64,000 nt of DNA from an uncultured delta proteobacterium (GTDB lineage: Bacteria > Desulfobacterota > Desulfomonilia > UBA1062): contig CAVVYZ010000017.1 of the NCBI GenBank assembly GCA_963752595.1, positions 1-64,000 on the forward strand, given 5' to 3'. A program made the translations under genes and the position numbers. Shown here piece by piece: positions 31,199-41,574 of the stretch (position 1 is the first letter of the stretch; every line of letters begins with the position of its first letter). The notes under the pieces are model-generated. The model was not told the origin of the DNA. It did no database searches and saw only the letters and a program-made list of their open reading frames with translations.

Positions 31199-31924
31199 TT
31201 ATTCTTCTGAATCCCCCGGCTTGTCTGATATATAAAGAATCCGCTGGCATGCCGGGCAGTTGATCATCTTGTCGCCCCTGACGAGCTCATTGTAGAGCTG
31301 CGGCGGGATGTGCATGTGGCATCCCTTGCACACGCCGTCTGAGCATTCCACAACGGCAATGCCCTTCTTGCTCTGCCTGATACGGTCGTATTTTGAAAGC
31401 AGCGATGGATCAACGCTTTTCCGAAGCTTCTCATCCTGGCCCTTGTACTCGGCAACAACAGCCTCTAGCTCGCGCATCTGCGATATGAGCTTTTCCTTCT
31501 TATCATCGAGGATTACTCTATCGGCGTCAAAGGACTTCTGGATCCTCTCCTTCTCCGTCCCCTTCTTCTCAATCCTGTCCATGATGGTAAGAAGCTGTTC
31601 TTCGATGTCGGCCTTGCGTTTTTTCGCCAGATCGATTTCTCTCTGCAGAGCGAGGAATTCCTTGTTTGTTTTGATCTTTTTGATCCTGGCGTCCGCTGCA
31701 TCGAGAATGGTCTGGTTCTCTTTGAGCTCTGCTTCGAGAGGAACCTTCTTTTCTTCAAACGTCGCAATCTCTTCATCGACGGCATTCAAGGAGCTCTTCC
31801 TTGCCTGGATAATGCTGTCGATTTCATCAATTTCCTTGGGGAGTTCCCGTAAGCCTTCCTCTGCCTTAAAGATTTCAATCTCTACATTCTGCAAGGCTAT
31901 CAAACCATCTAACAATTCCTTCAA
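31199..31924 (-). CDS. Coiled-coil C4-type zinc ribbon protein (CT398/zf-RING_7-like)
   Basis: Long coiled coil, then C.GCHM.IPPQ...CP.CQRILY. Confidence 0.9.
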   Translation of the reverse strand: MKELLDGLIALQNVEIEIFKAEEGLRELPKEIDEIDSIIQARKSSLNAVDEEIATFEEKKVPLEAELKENQTILDAADARIKKIKTNKEFLALQREIDLAKKRKADIEEQLLTIMDRIEKKGTEKERIQKSFDADRVILDDKKEKLISQMRELEAVVAEYKGQDEKLRKSVDPSLLSKYDRIRQSKKGIAVVECSDGVCKGCHMHIPPQLYNELVRGDKMINCPACQRILYISDKPGDSEE

Positions 31925-32676
31925 TTTCGTTCTCCTTTGATATTCATGAATACGTCTTGTGCCCCGAATACATCGATTGAAATGTCCGGCAGCTCTCGGC
32001 TCAGCCTTTCTGCCAGCGGGGTAATAGCGATCTGCTCGGTAGCGAAGTGCCCGAGATCAACGACATTTATGCCGGATTCTTTTGCATCCAAAGCTCCATG
32101 ATATTTTACATCTCCGGTAACAAAGGTATCGCATCCCATATCACCGGCGTTTTTTACATACTCCATGCCGCTGCCCGGGCATATACATACATTCTTTACG
32201 GGCCGACCGGCATCCACGATCCGTACTGTTTCGAAAGGCAGGCCCATCGCCCATGCGCGAAGCGGCTTCTCTCCACCTACTGTCCCGAGCCGCAAAGGGC
32301 CAAAGGATCGTATATCCCGAAGAGAGACCCTCTGTGCAAGCATATCGGATACCCCGCCTGCTGCAATATCGAAATTCGTGTGCATGCTTATAAGAGCGAT
32401 GGATGAGCGGATGAGCGCCCCGATTTTCCGCGAGAGCGCTTCTCGAAGATCGATCCTCTTAAGGGGAGCATATATAAGGGGGTGATGAGTAATGATAAGG
32501 TCTTTTCCGGATTCCGCTGCTGCTTCGATTACTTCATGGGACGGGTCCAGTGCGACGAGAATGGACCGGACTTCCTGGTAGGGATCTCCCACCATGAGCC
32601 CTACATTATCCCACTGCTCCGCAGTTTGAAAGGGGGCTATGGAATCAAGAACTGTGAGTATATCGAGCAACTGCAT
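31921..32676 (-). CDS. Nif3-like dinuclear metal-centre protein
   Basis: WDNVGL, THHPL, HTNFD, TGDVKYH, GHFATE. Confidence 0.92.
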   Translation of the reverse strand: MQLLDILTVLDSIAPFQTAEQWDNVGLMVGDPYQEVRSILVALDPSHEVIEAAAESGKDLIITHHPLIYAPLKRIDLREALSRKIGALIRSSIALISMHTNFDIAAGGVSDMLAQRVSLRDIRSFGPLRLGTVGGEKPLRAWAMGLPFETVRIVDAGRPVKNVCICPGSGMEYVKNAGDMGCDTFVTGDVKYHGALDAKESGINVVDLGHFATEQIAITPLAERLSRELPDISIDVFGAQDVFMNIKGERN

Positions 32677-32690
32677 CCTTTTCCACGAAT

Positions 32691-32722
32691 AAAAAAGGGG
32701 ATGCTTGTCGAAGCATCCCCTT
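32691..32722 (-). terminator. Terminator downstream of tRNA-Ile2
   Basis: AAGGGGATGCTT-GTCG-AAGCATCCCCTT with an A-run on the left (U-tract on the minus strand). Confidence 0.75.
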
Positions 32723-32806
32723 GTCTGTCTCGCAAGAGATTATATGTCCTTTGGCGATATCAGAAAGCAACCCTTTCACTCCCTTTGCTTTTATCTCTTC
32801 GTTCTA

Positions 32807-32879
32807 TGGGCCCACCTGGAATCGAACCAGGGACCTACCGGTTATGAGCCGGTGGCTCTACCAATTGAGCTATGGGCCC
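32807..32879 (-). tRNA. tRNA with CAT anticodon, probably tRNA-Ile2 (lysidine)
   Basis: GGGCCCATAGCTCAATTGGTAGAGCCACCGGCTCATAACCGGTAGGTCCCTGGTTCGATTCCAGGTGGGCCCA; fully paired acceptor stem, so not fMet. Confidence 0.9.
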
Positions 32880-32926
32880 TTTTACTTGAAGGTTCATAAT
32901 CCAAACGAAAACATAGTGTCAAGCTC

Positions 32927-34693
32927 TTATTTGCCCCCCAGAGCCTCTAGGATATTCACGATTTTTATCCCCTCGTTGATGGTCTTGATACTTGAGTCGA
33001 TCTTCAGGAGCTCTTCTTGCAGGCGAGCCTTCTCTTTCTCATCGGTTTCTCGGGAGAGCTGCTCATCGACCAGCCCCTTGAGACCTTCCATGTATGCCCG
33101 TTCCCGATCCGGAAGCGAGAGGATCTTCGGCACCTCTGTCTGTGATCCGGACGAGGTTTCCCGCAAGAAATCGATTACATCCGGAGACTCCGACCTCGTC
33201 AACCCATGCTGCATATCCGTGTTCATGAATATGACCTCGTCATAATAGAAGCCGAAAACTTTCTTGATAAGTATTGATCTGTGGTCCAGGAGGTCATTTA
33301 TATAGCCGGATAGATCAGAAAATTTCTTTTCGCTTCTTTCCTCGATCTTAAGTATCTCCGCTTTATCGGTACAGGTGTAGCAATCTTTTATGGATTCATA
33401 GAACAATTCATAATAGCAGTGCAGGGCAAAGAATATGAGAAAATCGGCTACGACATTGCCGTTTGTTGTACAGGAACTTGTGGAAAGCGCTCCTCCCCTC
33501 TTGATGATCTCTTCCGGGGCCTTGAAGAACCAGTCGGTCCCGAAGATGCCGGGGACATTCGTAATAGCTTCATATTTCAGCCCGTTGCTTCGTGCCTTAT
33601 CTACAATCTCCTTGTCCCGATAGATCATGCCGAGGGCCTTGAGATTGGGAATGAGTGCTCCACAGATGAAGCCGTACTCATTATCCTCATAGAAGCTGAA
33701 GGAAAGATAGTTCGGAGAGGTGACATTGAGAAAATCAGGGGGGAAATTGATGAGGATTCCCTCGCCGTCTATTTCCCGGATGGTAGTGGGTTTCTTCTTG
33801 AGGAACTGGGCATATGCATTGAAGGCATCAGTTTGCAGGATACTGTCCATAATCCTCTTGAAAATGCTCTGAAATTTTTTGGAAGCCTTCCTCTGCTCAA
33901 ATTGATTGAACTGGTACAAAGGATCTCTCAGGGCAAGGCCTGTCCTGAATAATGTCCCTGTGGGGCTCGAGTTTCTGGAGCACAGTACACTGATCTCATC
34001 CTGCCGGGATAAAAGCCTGCTCTCCCATCCCTTTGCAGGGGCAGATTCGAGGAATCCCATGGCATACTGTTTTTCATGGATCTTATCCATCCACTTCTTC
34101 ATCCTGTCGGCCTTCTTTGCAGTATCGCCCACGCAGGACAGGAGGACATTTGCCCCGAGATCATAGGCAGTATCAAGGACCGTGTCCATGATGGCTTCGG
34201 CGGAGAGCTCACCGAAACGTACATTCGCATGGCGGATAATGGAAAGCACCTCCTGTTTGTCTTTGGAATAGATTTTTATTGCCGGCAGCCCTTCGGGGGT
34301 ATCCACGATCTCCTGGCGGTCGTAGGGGATTATATGATCCCTCTGGGGTTCTTCTGCAAGCGACTGCTCCACGTATTTGGTCCTTAATTCATGCTTGCCG
34401 TCCGACTTGATCCGGTAAATCGGATGGCCATTCTTGTCATATCCCTCTAGGACCTTCGATTTTTCAGAGCGCAAGACTCCGGCCAGGAGCTGCTGCACGG
34501 TAGGAATGTCAGCGGTAAAAGCACCGCAAACAACATCTATCCAGACATCGTCATCCTTCAACTCTTTGTGCTTGAATCGTGTGAGGATATCTTCGTTATT
34601 TTCCATGGAAGCATAGATTGCCTGGAGCCCCATCCTTCCATTTGCCCCTCTGATGGCGACTCTGATTACAGGAACTTTGTCTCTGATATCCAT
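32927..34693 (-). CDS. Divergent GAPDH-like protein with swapped segment order, function unknown
   Basis: RVAIRGANGRMG, DLGANVLLSCVG, ESAPAK, SRNSSPTGT, YEDNEYGF, STSSCTTN, MQHGLT, ETSSGS..VPKIL; GGAGG RBS. Confidence 0.65.
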   Translation of the reverse strand: MDIRDKVPVIRVAIRGANGRMGLQAIYASMENNEDILTRFKHKELKDDDVWIDVVCGAFTADIPTVQQLLAGVLRSEKSKVLEGYDKNGHPIYRIKSDGKHELRTKYVEQSLAEEPQRDHIIPYDRQEIVDTPEGLPAIKIYSKDKQEVLSIIRHANVRFGELSAEAIMDTVLDTAYDLGANVLLSCVGDTAKKADRMKKWMDKIHEKQYAMGFLESAPAKGWESRLLSRQDEISVLCSRNSSPTGTLFRTGLALRDPLYQFNQFEQRKASKKFQSIFKRIMDSILQTDAFNAYAQFLKKKPTTIREIDGEGILINFPPDFLNVTSPNYLSFSFYEDNEYGFICGALIPNLKALGMIYRDKEIVDKARSNGLKYEAITNVPGIFGTDWFFKAPEEIIKRGGALSTSSCTTNGNVVADFLIFFALHCYYELFYESIKDCYTCTDKAEILKIEERSEKKFSDLSGYINDLLDHRSILIKKVFGFYYDEVIFMNTDMQHGLTRSESPDVIDFLRETSSGSQTEVPKILSLPDRERAYMEGLKGLVDEQLSRETDEKEKARLQEELLKIDSSIKTINEGIKIVNILEALGGK

Positions 34694-34943
34694 ATGGTAA
34701 CCTCCACCTGTTTTATTAATGAATGATGCATTCTGAGAGCCGATAAATCATATACCAGATCGGCCATTTTCAGGCAAGGGGATCGAGGTCCTTCCTTTCC
34801 TCATCTCCTAGAAGAGAATATAGCGGCCAGCCTCTCACTTTTCTATGTACCTCGTTTTGTGAATAAAAGTTCACTGCACAATCTTTAAAACCTATTGTAT
34901 ATCGATGCGCCCCTCGCTTTTCCCGGTGTCGTTTTCCTGATAT

Positions 34944-36089
34944 ATGGAGGAAATGGTAGAAGTGGATATTACGATTATCGGCGCAGGGGTCATCGGCCTT
35001 TCCATTGCTCGAGAACTCGGCTCCTGTGCTGACCACGTGGTGATCATGGAAAAAGAGCCGAGGCCCGGCATGGGAATCAGCTCGAGAAACAGCGAGGTCA
35101 TCCATTCAGGGATATATTATCCAACAGGATCGCTCAAGGCACGGTTTTGCGTAGAGGGTTCCGTGATGCTCTCAGAATACTGTACATCCCACAAAGTCCC
35201 TTATCAGAACCCGGGAAAGGTCATCGTTGCAACCGAACCATCTGAAGAAAAGACCGTTGAAAAACTCTTTCTCAAGGGGACGGATAATTGCGTACAAGGC
35301 TTGAAAATCCTCACCAGATCCGAGCTCAAAAAGATCGAACCGAACGTATCAGGCATATGCGCCCTGCATTCTCACCACACAGGAATTATTGACTCCCACC
35401 GCCTCATCAAGTCATTGGAAGCACAGTGCCTCGACAAGGGGGTTTCCATCTTTTATAATACGGAGATTACCGCCCTTCAGAATTCATCTGCAGGCTTTGT
35501 ATGCACAGCCTGCAGCCTGAACGGAAATCCTTATACATTCTCTTCAAGGGTCGTGATCAATGCTACAGGGCTCTTTTCCGACAAAATAGCGGCTTTGGCC
35601 GGTATCGATATAGATGCTGCAGGATATCGCATCTATCCGGTGAAAGGCGAGTATTTTCGGGTGAGGGGAGGCAAACACAAACTCGTGGGCGGCCTCGTCT
35701 ACCCGGTCCCTGAGAGAAACCTCAAGGGCCTAGGCATCCATGCCACGAAGGACCTTGAGGGATTTTTACGGCTGGGTCCGAACGCTTTTCCCGTCGATGA
35801 CATCACCTATGATGTGGATAGCTCTCATGCAAATATATTCTATGAGAGCGCCAGGGGCATGCTCCCTTTCCTGGATCCTTCCGATCTCGTTCCCGACATG
35901 GCAGGCATCAGGCCGAAAATACAGAAGCCAGGAGGTTCCCAGAAGGATTTCATGATCTGCCATGAGGAAGCACATGGGCTTGCCGGGCTTTTTACCCTTG
36001 CCGGCATCGAATCTCCGGGGCTTACCTCATGCCTCTCCATCGGCAGGTATGTTGCCGCTCTGGTGAAAAAGGCCGGATTGATCTCCTAG
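34944..36089 (+). CDS. FAD-dependent oxidoreductase, L-2-hydroxyglutarate oxidase (LhgO)-like
   Basis: IIGAGVIG, SSRNSEVIHSGIYY..GSLKA, KGEYF, LGIH.T.DL, GIRPK, GIESPGLTS. Confidence 0.85.
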   Translation: MEEMVEVDITIIGAGVIGLSIARELGSCADHVVIMEKEPRPGMGISSRNSEVIHSGIYYPTGSLKARFCVEGSVMLSEYCTSHKVPYQNPGKVIVATEPSEEKTVEKLFLKGTDNCVQGLKILTRSELKKIEPNVSGICALHSHHTGIIDSHRLIKSLEAQCLDKGVSIFYNTEITALQNSSAGFVCTACSLNGNPYTFSSRVVINATGLFSDKIAALAGIDIDAAGYRIYPVKGEYFRVRGGKHKLVGGLVYPVPERNLKGLGIHATKDLEGFLRLGPNAFPVDDITYDVDSSHANIFYESARGMLPFLDPSDLVPDMAGIRPKIQKPGGSQKDFMICHEEAHGLAGLFTLAGIESPGLTSCLSIGRYVAALVKKAGLIS

Positions 36090-37354
36090 AATCGATAAAC
36101 GCTTTGGCCGCAGGCGATCGTATGAACGACCCTTCCCTGAAATTCCTGCCCCAAGAAAGGAGAGTTCTTCGATTTGGAGAGTATGCCCTCTTCCGTGAAC
36201 GTCCAACGGGCATCCGGGTCGAAAAGTACGATATCCGCCCGTGCTCCTGCGGTTAATGCGCCTCCGTCAATGCCTAGGATCCGGGCAGGATTGACGGTTG
36301 CACGTTTCAAGAGCTCCATGAAATCGATCCCGCATTCGCTATGAACCTTCATGATGGCCGGAAGAAGGGTCTGCAGGCCGAGAATGCCAAAAGGTGCCAG
36401 GTCGAAATCAAGATCCTTCTCGTCCTTGGTATGAGGGGCATGGTCAGTGGCGATGCAGTCGATGGTCCCATCCGTGAGCCCCTCGATGAGTGCAAGCCTG
36501 TCTTCCTCTCTGCGTAGCGGAGGATACATTTTGGCATTGGTGTCATAACCCTGCACCCTGTCCTCGGTGAGAAGCAGGTGATGAGGGGTGACATCGCAGG
36601 TAACCTTGACGCCGTCACGCTTTGCCTGCTTGACGATTTCGAGGCCCTTTTTTGTGGAAATATGGGTGATGTGAACAGGAAGCTCAGTATATCCGGCAAT
36701 GAGCACATCCCGGGAGATTATGATGTCTTCGCTCGCGTTCGGTATCCCCGCAAGCCCGAGTCTGGATGAGAGTGCGCTCTCGTTCATGACCCCGTCCGCG
36801 CTCAATGCCTTATCCTGGCAGTGGGTGATCACTGGAAGACCGAAAGTGGAGGCATACTCCATTGCCCTTCTCATCATCGAGGCCTTTTCGACTGTCTTCC
36901 CGTCATCAGTTACGGCCACGATACCTGCAGCCTTCATGAGCCCCATCTCGGCAAGCTCGACGCCCTTGAGCTCCTTGGTGAGTGCCCCCGCAGGAAGGAC
37001 ACGTATTACTGCCTTGGCCCTTGCCTTTTCAATGATATACCGGGTTACCGAAGGGTTGTCGTTTACCGGGTCGGTATTGGGCATGCAGACAATGGTCGTC
37101 ACCCCACCGGCTGCTGCAGCATGGCTTCCTGAAACGATATCTTCCTTGTATTCGTAGCCCGGATCACGCAGGTGCACGTGCATGTCGATGAGCCCGGGCA
37201 ATACCCATAAGCCCTGTGCATCGATAGTTTCGCCGTCTCTGCCTTTGTCTTCTCCGGGATAGACACCCGTAATGATTCCTTCAGTAACTTGAATATCTCC
37301 TGTCTGGACGGTGCCGGCTGCCGGATCGAATATTTTTCCGCCCTTAATCCACAT
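36086..37354 (-). CDS. pyrC: Dihydroorotase
   Basis: PGLIDMHVHLRDPG, MPNT.P, ATDHAPH, SKSKNSPF. Confidence 0.95.
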   Translation of the reverse strand: MWIKGGKIFDPAAGTVQTGDIQVTEGIITGVYPGEDKGRDGETIDAQGLWVLPGLIDMHVHLRDPGYEYKEDIVSGSHAAAAGGVTTIVCMPNTDPVNDNPSVTRYIIEKARAKAVIRVLPAGALTKELKGVELAEMGLMKAAGIVAVTDDGKTVEKASMMRRAMEYASTFGLPVITHCQDKALSADGVMNESALSSRLGLAGIPNASEDIIISRDVLIAGYTELPVHITHISTKKGLEIVKQAKRDGVKVTCDVTPHHLLLTEDRVQGYDTNAKMYPPLRREEDRLALIEGLTDGTIDCIATDHAPHTKDEKDLDFDLAPFGILGLQTLLPAIMKVHSECGIDFMELLKRATVNPARILGIDGGALTAGARADIVLFDPDARWTFTEEGILSKSKNSPFLGQEFQGRVVHTIACGQSVYRF

Positions 37355-38276
37355 TTATGTTTCCTCCCATCGACAGGTAGAGCAGTGTCATCCGTATGGC
37401 CACCCCATTTTCCACCTGGTCGAGGATTATCGAGCGGGCACTGTCTGCAGCATCATAGGTAATTTCAACCCCTCTGTTCATGGGTCCCGGATGCATGATG
37501 ACCGCCCCTTCCTTCATCATGTCCACCCGCCTCTTATTCAACCCGTAAAATATGGAGTATTCCCTTGAATCAGGGAAAAATCGTTCGTGAAGCCGCTCCT
37601 TCTGAACCCGGAGCATCATGATTGCATCGACCTCGGGGATGACCGGATCGAACTCTGTCATCACGTCCGCACCCCATGTCTCCACACCGCGAGGGAGCAG
37701 TGTTTTTGGTGCCACAAGGACTACATTCGCTCCCATTTTTTTGAGTCCGTAGACATTGCTTCTTGCCACCCTGGAGTGCATGATATCGCCCACAATGGCT
37801 ATCTTAAGACCATCCAGACTGCCGAAATGCTCCTTCATGGAATACATGTCAAGCAGAGCCTGCGTAGGGTGCTCATGGTATCCATCCCCTGCATTGATAA
37901 CCGAGCAGGGTAGCAGCTCCGCCATCTTCTTTGGTATTCCTGCATATGGATATCGGATAATGATGCAGTCCGGGGCCATTGCCATGACATTATAAGCCGC
38001 ATCCATTATGGTTTCACCCTTGGCAAAGGAAGATCCGGAAGCGGACAGTGTTGTGGTATCGGCGCTCAGGCGTTTTGCAGCGATCTCAAAGGAGAGCCTC
38101 GTCCTCGTGCTTGCTTCGTAGAACAGGAGGACTACGGTTTTGCCGCGCAAGGTAGGAACCTTTTTAATGTCTCTCTTGGATATTTCCTTGAAAGAGGATG
38201 CCATATCGAGGATGAGCCCTATCTCTACCGACGTCAGATCCTGTATGGCGATGATATCCTTGTGGGGCCAGTTCAT
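37344..38276 (-). CDS. pyrB: Aspartate carbamoyltransferase catalytic subunit
   Basis: FYEASTRTRLSFE, NAGDG.HEHPTQALLD, LRVQKER, MHPGP.NRG. Confidence 0.97.
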   Translation of the reverse strand: MNWPHKDIIAIQDLTSVEIGLILDMASSFKEISKRDIKKVPTLRGKTVVLLFYEASTRTRLSFEIAAKRLSADTTTLSASGSSFAKGETIMDAAYNVMAMAPDCIIIRYPYAGIPKKMAELLPCSVINAGDGYHEHPTQALLDMYSMKEHFGSLDGLKIAIVGDIMHSRVARSNVYGLKKMGANVVLVAPKTLLPRGVETWGADVMTEFDPVIPEVDAIMMLRVQKERLHERFFPDSREYSIFYGLNKRRVDMMKEGAVIMHPGPMNRGVEITYDAADSARSIILDQVENGVAIRMTLLYLSMGGNINVD

Positions 38277-38812
38277 TTTTTCACCCCGCTTACGATCACA
38301 TCTTTGATGGTAATTCCATCAGGTGCCGCCGCTTCGATTTTTATGATCTTTTCCTCGGGGATGCTCATCTGCTTGCCGACAAAATCGGGCTGGATGGGCA
38401 ACTCTCTCCCGCCACGATCGAAGAGTACCATGAAGTAAATCCTCTTGGGGCGTCCAAAATCTAAAATATGATCTATGGCAGCACGGACTGACCTGCCCGT
38501 ATTGATAACGTCATCAACGAGGATCACCCGCTTATTATCTACGGAAAACGGGATATCAGTACTCCTCACCTCTGGAGAAAAGAGTCTCTTGGATACATCA
38601 TCCCGGTACAGGGCGATGTCCAGGGTACCCAGGGGAAGCATCCCTGTCTTTTGTTCAAGGAGCTTCACCACATTCCTTGCCACTAGTACGCCGCCGCTCC
38701 TGATCCCGATAAAGACCACGTCATTCCAGGGCTTGATCGCTTCCATGAGCTGATCGGCTAGGTCCTTCAGAATTGCAGTAATCTCTTTTTCGCTCATGAC
38801 TATTTCCGACAT
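38273..38812 (-). CDS. pyrR: Pyrimidine regulatory protein / uracil phosphoribosyltransferase
   Basis: LDIALYRDD, ILVDDVINTGRSVRAA, DRGGRELPIQPDFVG. Confidence 0.93.
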   Translation of the reverse strand: MSEIVMSEKEITAILKDLADQLMEAIKPWNDVVFIGIRSGGVLVARNVVKLLEQKTGMLPLGTLDIALYRDDVSKRLFSPEVRSTDIPFSVDNKRVILVDDVINTGRSVRAAIDHILDFGRPKRIYFMVLFDRGGRELPIQPDFVGKQMSIPEEKIIKIEAAAPDGITIKDVIVSGVKK

Positions 38813-38822
38813 ATATACACCT

Positions 38823-39446
38823 CTAATGGACCAGATGTCCTATCCGGTTGAAGCGTATCCAATGCTTCGAACTATCCCATGAGAAATAAATGATAAAGGC
38901 CTTGCCTTTGATATTCTGCACAGGGACAAATCCCCAGAACCTGCTGTCATAGCTCTGGTCTCTGTTATCTCCCATAACAAAGCAGGTACCCGGATCCACC
39001 TTGACCGGACCGAAATTGTCCCGGACCATTCCTTGCCCCTGGGTAAGGATGAATGGGTCCGTATGCTTCTCGTAGGGTATTTCGAAGGGCTGGCCGTTGA
39101 TGTATACATTCTTTTCCCTGACCTCGACAGTATCGCCCGGAAGGCCGATCACCCGTTTCACGAAATCCATTGCGTGGTTTCCCGGGAAAGTGAAGATGAC
39201 GATTTCGCCTCTATTGGGAACTTTGTCGGCTCCCCAGACCTTGCGCGTGGTGAACGGCACCGTCATGCCGTAGTTGTATTTGGTCGCGAGGATATGATCC
39301 CCCTTGAGCAGGGTATCTTCCATGGATGATGATGGTATCCGGTAGGCTTGTAGAACGAAGGCCCTGATAATCATAGCAATGACAAAGGCAACGGTAAGAG
39401 CCTCTATCCAATCCCTCGCTACGCTTTTCTGTTTTATATCGCTCAA
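38823..39446 (-). CDS. lepB: Signal peptidase I
   Basis: IPSSSMEDTL..GD, FVKRVIGLPGD, MGDNRDQSYDSRFWG. Confidence 0.96.
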   Translation of the reverse strand: MSDIKQKSVARDWIEALTVAFVIAMIIRAFVLQAYRIPSSSMEDTLLKGDHILATKYNYGMTVPFTTRKVWGADKVPNRGEIVIFTFPGNHAMDFVKRVIGLPGDTVEVREKNVYINGQPFEIPYEKHTDPFILTQGQGMVRDNFGPVKVDPGTCFVMGDNRDQSYDSRFWGFVPVQNIKGKAFIIYFSWDSSKHWIRFNRIGHLVH

Positions 39447-39648
39447 AACTTACTCCTTTACCTGTAGGATTCGAGAAAATCTTCAGTCTGTATCTGCCCG
39501 TACTTTACAGGTATTTTATGCATTTACCACTATTTATCAGAATATAACTCATAACTAAAGACGATTCCATATGTATGATCTCTTCCTTTGGGTGTAGCTC
39601 TAACACAGGTCAGGAAAGAAAGGATAGGCCATATCACAGGTTAAGAGT

Positions 39649-40530
39649 CTAGACGGGACTCGATCTGCGGTACTCAATGAGGAATTCTTTGATATATTTA
39701 TCCAGTGATATCTGCCATGCAGGCATGAGCTTGCCTGTGACCTCGGTGAAACGCTTCGTGGAAAGTATACTATTCGCTGGCCTCTTCGCAGGACGGGGGT
39801 ATTCGCTGGTCGATACAGGGACAACCTCTGTCGGAATCCCAACCAGCTCTACGGCCTTCCTGGCGAGATCATACCATGTTGCTTTACCTCTGTTGCAGAC
39901 ATGATAGATTCCTTGGGCATCGCAGTCGATGAGAAGTCTGACGGCCTTGGCGAGGTCCTTGGAATAGGTTGGAGAGCCCCACTGATCGTTCACAACGGTA
40001 ATCTTGTCTCGGTCCTTGGCGATCCCTAGGATGGCGGAAACGAAGTTCTTCCCATGAGGACCGAAGAGCCATTGGGTTCTCACGATGGAATAATGCTCCA
40101 TGCCCTCCAGAACGGCGATTTCCCCTGCCCGTTTGCTCTTCCCATATATACTCGTAGGACCTGTTTTATCACCTTCGGTATACGGATCCTCTTTGCATCC
40201 ATCAAAAACATAATCGGTACTGATATGAAGGAGCTTTGCCCCAAATTCCTCACAAACCCTGGCCAGGTTTCCGGGAGCCTTTGCATTGAGCTCGAATGCC
40301 ATGTCCTGGTTTGTTTCACATCCGTCGACATCCGTATATGCCGCGCAGTTGATGACCCAATCAGGCTTCATGGTTAACAGAATACTACGGATAGATGCCA
40401 TGTCGGTGATATCGAGATGGAGGCTCGGAGGAACGATATCAGTTCTGAAAACCGTATCCCCCTGCCCTTCACACACTATCCCGACTTCATATCCCAAGAG
40501 GCCTTGAGAGCCAGTGACCAGAATCTTCAT
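39649..40530 (-). CDS. rfbD: dTDP-4-dehydrorhamnose reductase
   Basis: ILVTGSQGLLG, NCAAYTDVD, ISTDYVFDG, YGKSK, DQWGSPT. Confidence 0.95.
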   Translation of the reverse strand: MKILVTGSQGLLGYEVGIVCEGQGDTVFRTDIVPPSLHLDITDMASIRSILLTMKPDWVINCAAYTDVDGCETNQDMAFELNAKAPGNLARVCEEFGAKLLHISTDYVFDGCKEDPYTEGDKTGPTSIYGKSKRAGEIAVLEGMEHYSIVRTQWLFGPHGKNFVSAILGIAKDRDKITVVNDQWGSPTYSKDLAKAVRLLIDCDAQGIYHVCNRGKATWYDLARKAVELVGIPTEVVPVSTSEYPRPAKRPANSILSTKRFTEVTGKLMPAWQISLDKYIKEFLIEYRRSSPV

Positions 40531-41543
40531 CGATTTGCATACATCCTTTCGTAATACTTTTGATAATCTCCCGAAAGAATCTTCTCCCACCAGGGTTTAT
40601 TGTCCAAGTACCACTTCACGGTCTTTTCTATCCCTGTCTCGAAGTCCACCAATGGTCTCCAGCCAAGCTCGGATTCTATTTTCGAAAAGTCCATGGCATA
40701 CCGGAAATCATGCCCTGGCCGGTCTTTGACATATTTAATAAGGGTCTCGGGCTTCCGGAGGGATTGTAAAATATTCCGGACAATGAGGATATTCTCTTTT
40801 TCTGCATCCCCTCCCATGTTATAGGCCTCACCGCCCCTGCCCTTTTCTGCAACCATGACGATCCCGCAGCAGTGGTCATCCACATAGATCCAATCGCGAA
40901 CATTCCTGCCATCGCCGTATACCGGTAGCTCGCGATCACTGCAGGCATTCAAGACCATGAGAGGGATGAGCTTTTCAGGAAACTGATAAGGCCCATAATT
41001 GTTGGAGCACCGGGTGATGACCGCTTCAAGGCCGAAGGTCTTTACATATGACCTTACCAGAAGGTCGGCAGCGGCCTTTGAGGCGGAATACGGACTGTTC
41101 GGCGCCATGGGAAGATTCTCCTTGAATCTGCCGTCAGGCCCGAGGCTCCCATAAACCTCATCTGTCGATACATGCAGGAATCTGCCGACCTTGTGCCTCA
41201 CCGCTGCATCGAGCAGCACCTGAACACCCAGGACATTGGTCCTGATGAAAATACCGGCATCCTCAATGCTCCTGTCAACGTGGGATTCGGCCGCAAGATT
41301 CAGAACCAGATCGAATGCATGCTGAGCAAAGGCAGCATCCACCACGGCACCATCGGATATATCGGCCTTGATAAAGGTATATCTCCCCGGATACTCTTCC
41401 TCTAGTCCCAGGGTATTTTCCAGATTCCCTGCATAGGTCAGGAGATCGAGATTCACGAGTCTCCAATCAGGCTTATTCGCAAGGATGTACCGTATGAGAT
41501 TCGTCCCGATAAACCCGCATCCGCCTGTCAGCAATACATTCAT
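40527..41543 (-). CDS. rfbB: dTDP-glucose 4,6-dehydratase
   Basis: TGGCGFIG, AAESHVDRSI, STDEVYG, PYSASK, NNYGPYQFPEKLIP. Confidence 0.97.
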   Translation of the reverse strand: MNVLLTGGCGFIGTNLIRYILANKPDWRLVNLDLLTYAGNLENTLGLEEEYPGRYTFIKADISDGAVVDAAFAQHAFDLVLNLAAESHVDRSIEDAGIFIRTNVLGVQVLLDAAVRHKVGRFLHVSTDEVYGSLGPDGRFKENLPMAPNSPYSASKAAADLLVRSYVKTFGLEAVITRCSNNYGPYQFPEKLIPLMVLNACSDRELPVYGDGRNVRDWIYVDDHCCGIVMVAEKGRGGEAYNMGGDAEKENILIVRNILQSLRKPETLIKYVKDRPGHDFRYAMDFSKIESELGWRPLVDFETGIEKTVKWYLDNKPWWEKILSGDYQKYYERMYANR

Positions 41544-41574
41544 TCAATCCCCCTCGTATGTTGCCTGATGTTTG

